Source: Botryllus schlosseri
Taxonomy: Eukaryota
Reading direction: 5' to 3'
Assembly: GCA_051294905.1 (NCBI GenBank)
Contig: CM119384.1
Span: forward strand, 12,028,001-12,092,000
DNA length: 64,000 nt
The number at the start of each line of letters is the position of its first letter. Within the stretch, counting starts at the first letter, position 1. Both the position numbers and the translations under genes were made by a program. Below are positions 1-10,611 of the stretch, one piece after another. The notes beneath the pieces are model-generated. The model was not told the DNA's origin and made no database searches. It saw nothing but the letters and a program-made list of their open reading frames with translations.

Positions 1-650
1 AGATTCTCGGTGGCAGAAATTCTGAATTTATTTGATTAGTTTGAACGGCAACCTCCTATGTTCCAATATACTTGAATGCTGGAAGGACTCTATTGAGTCC
101 AACAATATCGCGGATCATATTTCAACACAATTTCAAACCCCTCCCTTTTTTGGCTGGCCACCCCGTGTAAAGATAAAAGTCAGAGCCTATGCTCAAGACA
201 CCAAATGTCAAACAATGGCGTGTTTTCATTCTTGTCACTATTAGCAACAAATGCTGGTAATATTTTGGCGTCATTTGATTGGTCCTACCCGCAAACGATC
301 AAAAGGTTACAATTTGGCACACAGCCCCAATCAAGTTGACACGCTGTTGTTTGCTTTACGATCATTGCTCAGTGTAAAGAAATCTAAGATCTGTCATCGG
401 ACGTCTTCTCAAAATGTGCAATCTCGCCGGTACTGCGGGAAGGATAATTTCATTTGTAAGATGCAATTGCCAAATATTTGCAGCTAGGTCTGGGCAAGAT
501 CAAGTGACCGACCGATATTATTCATATTTCAGTGCAATTCATGGTCACATCACACATGGATATAGGACTGCAGCAGTTCATTATTTACGCTGCTGTTCTC
601 AAAAAGTGGAAATAAATCTTTAGTCACCACAATGGAAATTCCCACTATGG

Positions 651-1031
651 CAGGGCCTGGCAGATCTTGAGCGGCCGTGGGTCTACATAGATTTGTGAGC
701 AAACATTTTCGACCACAAGACAAAGCTGTGTTCCAATCTAACTGACGTTCACGTGCATTTTAATAAGGGTTTGCACGTCCGACATGCAGCCAGAGTTCTA
801 AGAAATTGTTGACAACTTTGATCGACCACAGATGTCTCATTGACTTCAACAGCTATTGAAGAACATTATGTTAATAAATGCATTAAATACTGTCTTTGGT
901 CTGTATGCTTTAAAGTTGAAGTCTACATTAAGTATGATTTATGGATAAATACGCGATTCATGTATCGGTTGCCACCAAGTACCTAATTTTGCCATATCCG
1001 GCCCGCCGATGGGAAAAGTTGCCCGCCCCTG
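651..1031. mobile_element. Degenerate hAT-type MITE
   Basis: Ends CAGGGCCTGGCA... and ...GAAAAGTTGCCCGCCCCTG with subterminal GGCCCG; flanks CACTATGG/TACTACGA match only 5/8. Confidence 0.4.
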
Positions 1032-1512
1032 TACTACGATTAGCTGACTTTATGTTGTTTTGCAATTCGATATTTCCATTACGAACAACTTGTATGTCAT
1101 TTTCCTACTGCCTGACATTGCAATGTCCGTGACTCGATGATATTATGTGAACTAGTTGAAATTTCATGTTCCTTATTTCCAGACGGCTTTCTTTGTTTTC
1201 GTGACTGTTCCGTTTTGGAAAGCAAGCTGGCGGCCGGCCCCATTCCCAATATTGCTACAATGGCTCAGCCCCATTTCGTTATTGATTTCCTGTGAACGAT
1301 TTGTATTTTAAACCCTATGCGATGGGACAGATTAATACTGGTGTCAAATCTTGCTGTACCAAAAGGAACTTGTATGTATAACGTGTTATTATTGATTGCA
1401 GTAACTGCTTCCTGTGCAAGTTCCTGCTGGCTCCAATAGTCACTGTGCTTTCGTTTGCAGCATAAGAGCAGTTCTGTAATGTGATAGGATATCTGCCGAC
1501 TCATACACTGTG

Positions 1513-1599
1513 ATGCATTTGAGTCGATGGATTAGTGTCTGCGTTTTCTTCTTCTTGCTCACTGTGATCAACGGAAATGGTAGCAGTCAACGTTCCAAC
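1513..1599 (+). CDS. OSTM1: OSTM1 exon 1 (signal peptide)
   Basis: ATG at 1513, hydrophobic core VCVFFFLLTV, donor AAC|gtgagt at 1600 (phase 0). Confidence 0.8.
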
Positions 1600-4500
1600 G
1601 TGAGTTACTGGTAATCTTTATACGTTCTTTTAATTGGTACCGGTAATATATCTTACACACAATTGCTAAAAAATGGTGCAATTAATGAAATTGACGGTAA
1701 GCTGGAAATGCTGTTATGAAAGATTATGGCTGTAAGTTTTTGTTTGTAACATTGTAATAATAAGATATTTTCCATAATTCTTTGCAGTATCTAATGTCAT
1801 GTGGTGAATGCTTACGATAGTTAATCGCAGCCTTTTCAACCCCAGTTGCACACCAAAATATTAATAATATAATAATAATCTTCAGATGCCGGGTCACATT
1901 GCCATGGAAAGCTACCTCGGTCACTCGGACAGACTGCTTTATGTTGAAAGACTGTGGTCCATCAAAGATCCCATCGAACCTGCTGGGGGTATGTTGATAA
2001 TATGTCGAAAATTTGGCCTGAAGGGCTAGGCTATAGTATCAACATAGTGTCCTATCTGGTGTGGACACAGCGAGACTGAGCGGCTCACTGCATTTGGGTT
2101 ACGGCATACTTTCCATTTGACCAAAGGCAACTTTACGGATATTTTTGACCGGCTTGCCGAGCGCCAAATTCAATAAATCGGGTAGCAACGGAAAGCTGCT
2201 GCTGTACTGATTACGAAAATATAAATTTTATTTAGTGATATTTGCAGTGTCGTTCTGAAACTAACTTGGTAATTTGGACTGCTCACTATGCACTATCAGC
2301 CTTGCCTTGTACCACATATTTGCACGCATTTTTTCCACCTCATCGGTTGACGAACTAAATCTTACTCCCTCTCTTTGTCATACGTATTTCTTTACTTTAC
2401 AGATATTTCAAAACACTGTTTGGAACTCTTGGATACCTTCAGCAACGCGACGTCCGTCTATCTGAAATGCATTATGTGCAACGCCAGGCCTCTGCACTAC
2501 TGTCAAAATTGTGCGACGGAATTCGCGTACGCCGTTAATTGCTATTCGGATATCGCCAGGGTGGGTGGTTTTGTCAGATGTTTTCATTAGTATTGTACCG
2601 TCCGCGTGTTAACTGAGTGCTCGAATGAAAATTTCTAACTATGGGCCAATATGGATCATAGGTAGGCAAATTATCCAATTTGGTGATACCAGCGTGGTAG
2701 CTCATTGTGTGCGGATTTATACATTTTTAATATCGCCTTACCGGGCGACCTATTGCTACGTGGCTCACACCAATAACGTTGTGTCCTTGCCATGCTTTGT
2801 AAGTACTTGTGTGTTAAGCAAGCACACGTCTTCATAATTTTACGACTAAATTGGATAACTATACCTCTCCGTAACTCAAATATTCCTCTTTTCCAAATAC
2901 CCAGCTCGTGGAGAACGGGAGCCGTTGCAGGGATGAATTGGAGCGCGCAGATAACGTGCAGGTGGGTGATGTACGAAATCAATGATAATAACTGCTTGCT
3001 GACTTCTGCAGAGCAATCTTGAGCTCCAATTTCCTTTCCAACTCGAAGCCGTAGCGCATTCAAGCACTTCAATTGGGTTAGCATTCGATGCGCTCATTTG
3101 CGTGGATCATGTCTTTTCCCAATTCGTTCCCTGTGTCCTGCGGTAAATTTCGGTCAATAAAAAAATTGACATCTGGTGATTGGGTTCTATCCAGGGCTTT
3201 GGAGCAGCCGAAAATTTAAACTGCTCCAGCTCCGGCTCCGGAGCTCTCTCCTATCATACATTAGCTCCGGCTCCAGCTCCGGAGCAGCATTAAAACCACT
3301 GCTCCGGCTCCAGCTCCGGCTCCGGCTCTGAAATTATCGAATGGTCCTGTCTATATCAGCGGTGGCCCGCAAATGTGGCCCGCGACAGGGTTCTGCGTGG
3401 CCCGCGAGGTAATGTCCTATTATATTATCGAAAATGAATTGCTCAGATTGTGAACTTGCAATGCCAACCAAAAATTACAATTCTGGCTGCGACACTTGGG
3501 ATGTTGATGACTAAAATATCAGTTCCAACGCATTAGCAGATCCAGGGTCCAGTCACATTTTCAGTACATCGTCGTACATTATATATAATAAACAAAATAG
3601 TAGCGAAATTTTTCTTCACGCTTCGTGTGTTTAATTGTCACACGATTTCTTGCTTGGTAGCCTACCCCCTACTGAAAATGAAAAAACGCCTAATTTACCC
3701 GATTGAGTCTAACTGTATTCGCAATTACGGAATAAGTCTTTTCGCGTTTACGCTTGCATAAAATCGTCGACGGTGAAATATAGGCACAAAATTATTGTCG
3801 CATATTATCGGAGACCTTCGATATCGATGTGTCCAGACGCCGAATAGTCGTGTCCTTGCAAACTGAGCCTAGCGGTTGGTATACAATAGACCCGCAGTAC
3901 TCACCTAGTTTATTTATAAACTTACAAAATTTTACCCGCTTGGCATGGCTAGTGGACCGCGCACTCTTTCGTAAATTGCATGTGCCCCTTTAGCCGAAAA
4001 GGTTGGCCATTCCTGGTCTATATAGATTACTAATCTACTAATAGGTTAGTTATCTATAGTAATCTAGAGTCCGTCAGCCGTCAGTAACATCCGATGTAGC
4101 AACAAAGACATATAGGTGCCGCCGTGCCGGCTTGTGACTCCATACTGAATACTTGTCAATTGTCGACAACATCATAGTTGCACTAGAACGCAATTTACTC
4201 CATGCCATTGCTGTGCACAGAATTAAAATTCAGGCCTGGTGTTCAATTATGATAAATCAGCAGATGTGGTTGTTGCATATTTAATAGCATCTTATGAAAT
4301 AGGTCGGAGCCGGAGCTACTCCTCAAATAACGGGCTCCAGCTCCGGCTCCGGCTGAATTTTATGTAGAGCTCCGGCTCCGGCTCCAGCTCCGGTGAAAAT
4401 GCACGGCTCCGGGGCTCCGGCTCCGGGCTCCGGCTCCGGCTCCAAAGCCCTGGTTCTATCCGAGCAAAATTTTCGGCATTCGGTGCACACACACTGCGAT

Positions 4501-7500
4501 TCGATTTTGCACGTCCCCAGTCATGAACTTCAATCGTGGTCTCTCCATTCTAGTGCATTAAATCTGATCACGATAGCCGCCCATCCGATCGAGTCTGCTT
4601 TGGGGCATTGGGTGCCCTGCGATTTTGGCCAGATGTGCCGCTTGCGGTGATTATGGCTTTGTGAATTAAGTTACGGCAAACCTTACCCTGGTACACAAGT
4701 ATCTGTTAGTTGTTTACCAACAGCCTCCGCTGTTTAGGTTGTGACCCTGGTTTACGATTTCATCGTCGACGTTTGGGAAAAGTCGCACTGCCACAATTGT
4801 TACAACGCGACTGCACAAAACGGAACGACGGTGTACAACTCGACAGAGGAGACTAAGGAGATGCTTGAGGTTAGTCTATGCGGCGGTCTAAACCTGTTGA
4901 TCTTGAAAGCTCTGGCTGTTCGGATTCAATTTCGCCACCGACCGCTCAAACAAAATGGTTACTTTCAAATGGCTGAATGTGACTGCAGCCTATTGAGAGT
5001 GTCGAGTTTGTTAGGGATAAAAAATATAAAAGTTGCTGTCTTTGTTTTGGCGTGTAGCGTTCAAGTTTAAGTGTGTCCGTGAATTGGAGAGTTACACGAC
5101 TGAACCTTGCTTCAGAATCAGTTAGTTAGGTGCAGAGGTGGTCATGGTCAGTAAGCAAGTACTTCAATTTTTTCCTATAGATTTTAGTACTAGTTATTGT
5201 GAATATCTTGCATTTAGATAAATGGACATTGTTAACATTTGTATCACGTAAATTCGCTCAGTATCACCGCGATCTTCAATCCAAGTTGCATAATGCTATG
5301 CTTTTTTTTTCGTATAGAAAATACAGGACGTCCAAATGTGCTTTCACGACTTTGCCGGGAAAGACATCGAGAACGTGTCCGTCTGTTTTCTGTGCCGGGA
5401 GCTGTACAACAAGGCCAACGACTACTACAACATGCTGGATAAGGAAGACAAGCTGTGTAGCGATCTCGTGGACTCGGTGAGTGTTTGGAAAAATTGAACA
5501 TTATTTGAAGCAAAAAACTGGTGTATGAAGTAACCGTCAGTTAGAATGATAAAATGTCATAAATACAACACACAATGAACATAAACACATTGTGTCTTGG
5601 ACACTCTTTTGTCATGACGATATGTTAGGGCAAAGTTAAGATAACTTTCACTTCCATTTTATAAATTTTTTCTGGTTGGAAATATTATTATTGTATCTCT
5701 GCTGTCACCTCATGGCCATATTTTACCCAAACAATAACTAAAAACTGCAAAATTTCAATTTTATTTTCCTTTGATAATGTTTTTTTTAAAGTTCCGACCA
5801 AAAGATCGCATGTTTCTTCCTATAACTCTATAAAATATATGGTTTGACCATTAGAAAATAAATAGGCCTATATATATATTATCTCCTGGTACAAATTTGT
5901 TAGATTGTTGGCAGTTTTCCTTCAAGCATTCTGGCACTCATTCTTACCATTACATCGGTGACACTTGTTCATTGTCTTTTTACTTTGCGAATGTTTGTAA
6001 GTGTTTTTCTCAATTATAAAATTTTTTTACGTCGCATCACGGTTAAACAAAGATTTGTACGAAATATTTGTCCTAAATGATTCACTCAAGGTTTTTTGGA
6101 AAGCTGACGTTCACACCTGTGCTATGCTAAAAGTTCTTTGACATAGGTCTACCATGCTGAGAGTTACAGAACTTCAAAGCAAACTACAGAACTTCAAAGC
6201 AAATTCACAGCAAATTTATGACAAAAATTTGTATTTTCAATTTTGAAATGAAATTTCTCCTTCCTTCAAATTTTAGCACAGTGCAGCACTGTCCTGATAC
6301 TTCCTAAGGAAGGCGTTAGATCTGAAAAAGGGCTTCGCTATTTCAAGATTTTGCATTCCCATATGCAGAGTAGAACCGAATTTATTGTTTTTTGTATGTA
6401 GGATAGCGACATCTAGCGGCTGTGAAAATTTCATGGTGATTGGGGTAGCCATCCGCGAGTTAAGTTTTGAGTTGCTAGTCCCCTTAAAAATATTAATGTT
6501 AAAATATCTAAAAATAAAACAAAATCAACTCTAGATCAAGAAGTAGATTATTAGTGGAGCCTATTAATACTTGAACAAACATCTATGATCACCTATCTTT
6601 AATAAGCATACCAAAGGATGACATACTTTTCTGAAAGTCTTACAGAACGGAAATAAGTATCGCAGCACAGAAAGAAACGTATGGCAACGAAACTGGAAAT
6701 TTCTATCCTTCTCCCCCCTAGTATTTCACAACGTCACGTAAGGGAGATTAAAGGGATGACTAGCATCTGTAGAGAGAGATAGCATCGTTATCTATCTCCC
6801 CTCCCTACAGATGAGTCTCGAAGTGCCAAGCGCGTCGTGACCTAGGCATGGGCTGAGATTCTGACAGTCCGGGCTTCTTGTATGGCTGTTTTGGAGCATC
6901 AATCATAAACAAACATCTATGTTCACCTTGTTTCGTGCCACATGGCTCCCGCGGTTGGGACCCCCTGCCAAGAGTGAATGCGAAAACATTCCGTGTCTTC
7001 AGATGAACTACACCAGAAGGATGTGGAGCAAGGACCTGCACTGCACCGTCGCCGTTCATACCGACCTGCTCATCTACTCTCTCTCAGTCGCCATCAGCGC
7101 GATACCGCTGCTGTTCTACCTCGGTCTCTACCTGTACGGCAGGAGACGGGTCTCCGCGGTGTCATTGAGCCGCAGGGATTCGCTGAGGAGGGCGTGTAAG
7201 TGCGAAATGCGGCTTGTGATCGAGATTTTAAATAGGAACCAAAACCGCTCCGGGGGGGGGGGGGGGGCTACAAGAAGAAGTGATCAAAATATTCATTGTT
7301 TGGTTCTCAAGTAGAGGCGTACAGTTGACTAAGTCATTCATATTGAAAGAAACCCGAATGTTTTCAGCTAATACTCGCCAATCGTGATCGTCAGCAACTA
7401 ATACAGAATTGGAAAGAACGTGGTATATCAACATTCGTATCACCAAACATGACGGCATGAACAGATGGTTTAGTTAGATTTACTATTTTTAGATTACACT

Positions 7501-8156
7501 CGTACTTCGTTTGTTGGCACAAACTGGGTTTGCAGAGATTGATAAAGACTCCTATAAAATTACTGATGAAAAATTAGTAGCTCATTGTACAGAAATAGAA
7601 CATTGACAGCAATTTAAGATAAAATCCGCCAACCCAGTGTGTGCTACTAAAGGAGTTTGTGTATAGTCTAAAAATAGTATATTGAGCTTCAACCATTTGT
7701 TCACTTTGATCACTCAAATTTTCATCCACGTCATATTTGGTGATACGATTGTTGGTATACAATGTTCTTCCCAATTCAGCCGAAAATATTTGTGTTTCTT
7801 CAAGTGTGATTATATTCATCAAAATGATGCTGAAGTTCTGCACCTCCAAGATCATCTTCAAGTTGAGGTAGAAGTGAAGCTGTTGATTTCTACTAATGGA
7901 TGTAAACTCATCATAGAACTCCTTTCTACATTTTCAAATCCAAAGTTTCAAGAATAAGTGCTGTAGTATACGTGTAAAAACTGCTCGAGTAGAAGTGGAA
8001 GAAACTTTGGCCAAAAATGTACAATTGTACGAGTATTCCGTTACTGGCCAGTTGTGAACTCTCAGCCGCTACCAAGTTGTGAAAATCTCATCTCCTATTT
8101 CAGTGAAGGAAGATGCCGATCCACCTGCCAGGGCCTCTACGTCAGACGGCATATAA
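1513..8156 (+). CDS. OSTM1: Osteopetrosis-associated transmembrane protein 1 homologue (ClC-7 beta subunit); 8 coding exons: 1513-1599, 1886-1988, 2403-2560, 2905-2961, 4738-4869, 5318-5476, 7003-7195, 8104-8156; 942 nt, 313 aa
   Basis: All introns are GT-AG with compatible phases (0,1,0,0,0,0,1). N-terminal signal peptide MHLSRWISVCVFFFLLTVING. Cys-rich, N-glycosylated luminal domain with CLELLDTFSNATSVYLKCIMCNARPLHYCQNC, RCRDELERADNVQ, VWEKSHCHNC, VCFLCRELY and LCSDLVDSMNYTRRMWSKDLHC, each matching recalled OSTM1 blocks ([85 protein letters not shown]). These are followed by a single TM helix (LLIYSLSVAISAIPLLFYLGLYLY) and a basic tail. Exons 1, 2 and 8 are less certain. Confidence 0.93.
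1886..1988 (+). CDS. OSTM1: OSTM1 exon 2
   Basis: Acceptor tcttcag|, open frame MPGHIAMESYLGHSDRLLYVERLWSIKDPIEPAG, donor G|gtatgt. It supplies the phase 0 to phase 1 bridge needed between exons 1 and 3. Confidence 0.75.
2403..2560 (+). CDS. OSTM1: OSTM1 exon 3
   Basis: tttactttacag| ISKHCLELLDTFSNATSVYLKCIMCNARPLHYCQNCATEFAYAVNCYSDIAR |gtgggt. Confidence 0.93.
2905..2961 (+). CDS. OSTM1: OSTM1 exon 4
   Basis: aatacccag| LVENGSRCRDELERADNVQ |gtgggt; 57 nt, phase 0-0. Confidence 0.9.
3192..4452. mobile_element. hAT-type MITE with (GCTCCG)n subterminal arrays, in OSTM1 intron 4
   Basis: Perfect 14-bp TIR CAGGGCTTTGGAGC/GCTCCAAAGCCCTG; perfect 8-bp TSD GTTCTATC (3184-3191, 4453-4460). Confidence 0.92.
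3357..4015. mobile_element. Buster/Charlie-like hAT MITE nested in the 3192-4452 element
   Basis: Imperfect TIR CAGCGGTGGCC/GGCCATTCCTG, GGCCCGC subterminal repeats, perfect TSD GTCTATAT (3349-3356, 4016-4023). Confidence 0.88.
4738..4869 (+). CDS. OSTM1: OSTM1 exon 5
   Basis: tgtttag| VVTLVYDFIVDVWEKSHCHNCYNATAQNGTTVYNSTEETKEMLE |gttagt. Confidence 0.92.
5318..5476 (+). CDS. OSTM1: OSTM1 exon 6
   Basis: T-tract cgtatag| KIQDVQMCFHDFAGKDIENVSVCFLCRELYNKANDYYNMLDKEDKLCSDLVDS |gtgagt. Confidence 0.92.
7003..7195 (+). CDS. OSTM1: OSTM1 exon 7 (transmembrane helix)
   Basis: gtcttcag| MNYTRRMWSKDLHCTVAVHTDLLIYSLSVAISAIPLLFYLGLYLYGRRRVSAVSLSRRDSLRRA T|gtaagt. Confidence 0.93.
7252..7267 (+). repeat. 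Poly-G run (G16) in OSTM1 intron 7
   Basis: Direct reading; starts 56 nt after the exon 7 donor. Confidence 0.95.
7339..7808. repeat. Old foldback inverted repeat (arms ~7339-7540 and ~7621-7808) in OSTM1 intron 7
   Basis: GGTATATCAACATTCGTATCACCAAACATGACGGCATGAA (7421-7460) aligns to the reverse complement of 7721-7760 (GTATACCAACAATCGTATCACCAAATATGACGTGGATGAA). The alignment continues through TACTATTTTTAGA and GCACA(A/C)ACTGGGTT with indels. Confidence 0.8.
8104..8156 (+). CDS. OSTM1: OSTM1 probable terminal coding exon
   Basis: ctcctatttcag| phase-1 entry gives (L)KEDADPPARASTSDGI-TAA. Its position matches the short final exon of OSTM1 genes, but there is no sequence conservation to confirm it. 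Confidence 0.65.
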
Positions 8157-8773
8157 CACGTGACCTAGTCGATGCGTGGCAATCTCGAATCACTGTGTAC
8201 TTTTCTGTTTAGCAACCTACTCATTTCTGCCAGTGTATCTACTTTTTAGTCGTTGATCCCTAGTAGATCGTATATGACTTCTTCTAAATAGTGTGTGACA
8301 GTATAGGAAATCGAATTTTTTTTCTAATATTATTTAATAAGTTATGATTTTTATGCTGGTTTAGAAGAAACGAATATCACACAATACTCATACCATAATA
8401 TACAGAAAATGAGTCTCGTTGTTATTGAAATTAGATCAAGAGGGGTTGGGCAACGGCAATATCCCTCTGCTTGGCTTAGACTGCAGGGGTTGCGAGCCAC
8501 TTTTCAATTCTCGTAGAGGCCGCAAGAATGTAATATAGAGACACACCCCTGGCTTAGAAGAACTTCTCTTGTCAGGCTTGCTCATGAGATGAATGAATGA
8601 CGTGTATCGGGAATGAGTGGTGGTCTGAGTCGAGTAGGTTTGATAAAGCGTAACTATTTTTTCAGTCCGGTCTTGTTAGCCTACGTTTTCATCACACCAC
8701 CAATCGGAAGTGTTAGAAACGTACCAGGAGTCGCTTGTCAATCGTCTTCGTCGGTGTGCCTACAAGTTAAATC

Positions 8774-9283
8774 TAGGGCTGGGCAAAATCGAGTACCTGA
8801 GTGAATCGATTCTGAATCACGTATTACGCTTCGAGTCGAGTATTCGAGTATCACACATTATGACATCACAACAGAATGTAATATGTCAAAGTTAAAATAT
8901 GTTCATTTTATGCCACCACAAAGGATAAAATGCCTGTTATCCGTCACATTAAAGATACATTGGTATTATTTCGACCATACCGATTTCATTGCACTTCTTG
9001 ACAATGTCGTGGGATGATCATGACTTCGGAAATATGCTATTCCAGTAACGTTCGTAGCTTTGTACTATGACTCGTATGCTGCGACACGGCCAATCAAGGT
9101 TTCAAGGCTTCCTCAGTGAAAAATAGTATAAAAAACTATAATTCTCGTTGGTACTTTAACTTTCAGCGGCGAGGAATGCATAATTTCAGTACTCGAAAAA
9201 TTCATCTTTTACTACTCGACTCGAATCATTAAAATTAATACTTGATTCAGATTCGAGTACTCGAATCATTGTGCCCAGCCCTA
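8774..9283. mobile_element. hAT-type MITE, TAGGGCTGGGCA family, copy 1
   Basis: 12-bp TIR TAGGGCTGGGCA/TGCCCAGCCCTA, perfect TSD GTTAAATC, ACTCGA/TCGAGT subterminal motifs; homologous along its length to 48709-49214 and 61149-61665. Confidence 0.95.
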
Positions 9284-9382
9284 GTTAAATCACCAACTGC
9301 CGTTCACCTAAGGTAACTGTATAGCAGCCAATCAATGGACAAACGGCGCTAAATTTTGCTGATATATTTTACCATCCATCAG

Positions 9383-10256
9383 CAGTGTTGGGATCAAGTC
9401 ACTACCTTCGAGTCACGAGTCATTGCAGATTTTGACTCGAGTCAAGTCAAGTCAATCGATTTTCAAAGGTGACTCGAGTCAAGTCAAGTCACAATTCAAG
9501 TCAAATTGAATTTTCGATGTATGAGTGATGATTCAAAGTCATTACACTTTGCTAGCTGTGTGAAAGACAGATTAATTGATCAATGCTGATCATTTATCTT
9601 GAATCAAATAACGAATATCTAGTTAAATATACCTGCGAAAAGACGTATCACTCACGCACACGTAGAACTGTTAATAAAATACGTGAGTAACTGTACAGTC
9701 ACATGCTACAGTCAGTTATTGTCAGCCAAAATATAGGACATAATCAACATCTATACATCCGTGAGTAAATAAACGCCCTAACTATATTTGTTTGATTTAA
9801 ATCATACATAAAGGTTGGTAAAGGTGAGCACTGCGCATTGCGCAACGTAAGCATTGATCCGTCTGAGAAACAGAGACACATTGCTATTTAGAGTAATCTT
9901 CTACTACTACTACTACGACAACGCAAGCTGTGATACTTTGGTTTGCGGTCTATTTATTTGTGATCTAACAATCGAGGATCAGTGTATCGTACGATCAGTG
10001 AAAGACTGGCTGCTCTCACAAGTGACACCGGCGTATCTAGAACAATCCGAACATACACAAGATACAGTGATTTATTCGACACCGTTTACTTGATGACTTG
10101 AAATTGACTCGTAAATTTTGCTCGAGTCACGAGTCAATGCGCATTTTTAAAGCTTCGAGTCAAGTCAAGTCATTTTTCCAAAGTGACTCGAGTCAAGTCA
10201 AGTCATACGAAAAAGTTGACTCGAGTCAAGTCATGACTCGAGTCATCCCAACACTG
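9383..10256. mobile_element. hAT-type MITE with GACTCGAGTCAAGTC arrays
   Basis: 12-bp TIR CAGTGTTGGGAT/ATCCCAACACTG; TSD TCCATCAG/TGCATCAG (7/8). Confidence 0.9.
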
Positions 10257-10611
10257 TGCATCAGTAAGACAGAAAATAACAGATATTTGCTAGGAGTGGT
10301 ATTTACTATTTAGTGGGGTATGACTAGAGCGGCGAATAACCGCTTGTTTTGAATACTCCCTCCGGTCTGCGTTATTCTCACCTGTACCAAGCGATCAAAG
10401 TTCGGAATGTCAAGCGTTTTAATGTTACTAACGACGCAGTCAAATCGTGGCTCAGTGACAGCTCATTTGGAAAACCTTACTTTTGATTTCTGACTTACCG
10501 CATGTAGGCGCAAGCGCACAGCTTAATTTGAGACGCGAAGGAAGTAGGATGTTGGGTGCTGGGTGTATAATGCTCCTTTCAAATTTGTCTGCTATTCTAT
10601 TTCAGAAATAC

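Noticed and set aside
1-650. Several 70-80-aa ORFs at the window start
   Set aside because: No family motif or consistent splice sites; cannot be supported.
1265-1504. 79-aa minus-strand ORF starting 8 nt from the OSTM1 ATG (apparent head-to-head gene)
   Set aside because: No recognisable motif or splice partner, and it leaves no room for two 5' UTRs; likely chance.
4393-4650. ORF with a GSGAPAPGSGSGS repeat
   Set aside because: It is the translation of the (GCTCCG)n MITE end.
9400-10250. Regularly recurring GACTCGAGTCAAGTC units that could suggest a CRISPR-like array
   Set aside because: Spacing is irregular, there are no unique spacers or cas genes, the context is eukaryotic, and the units lie within TIR/TSD boundaries of a MITE.
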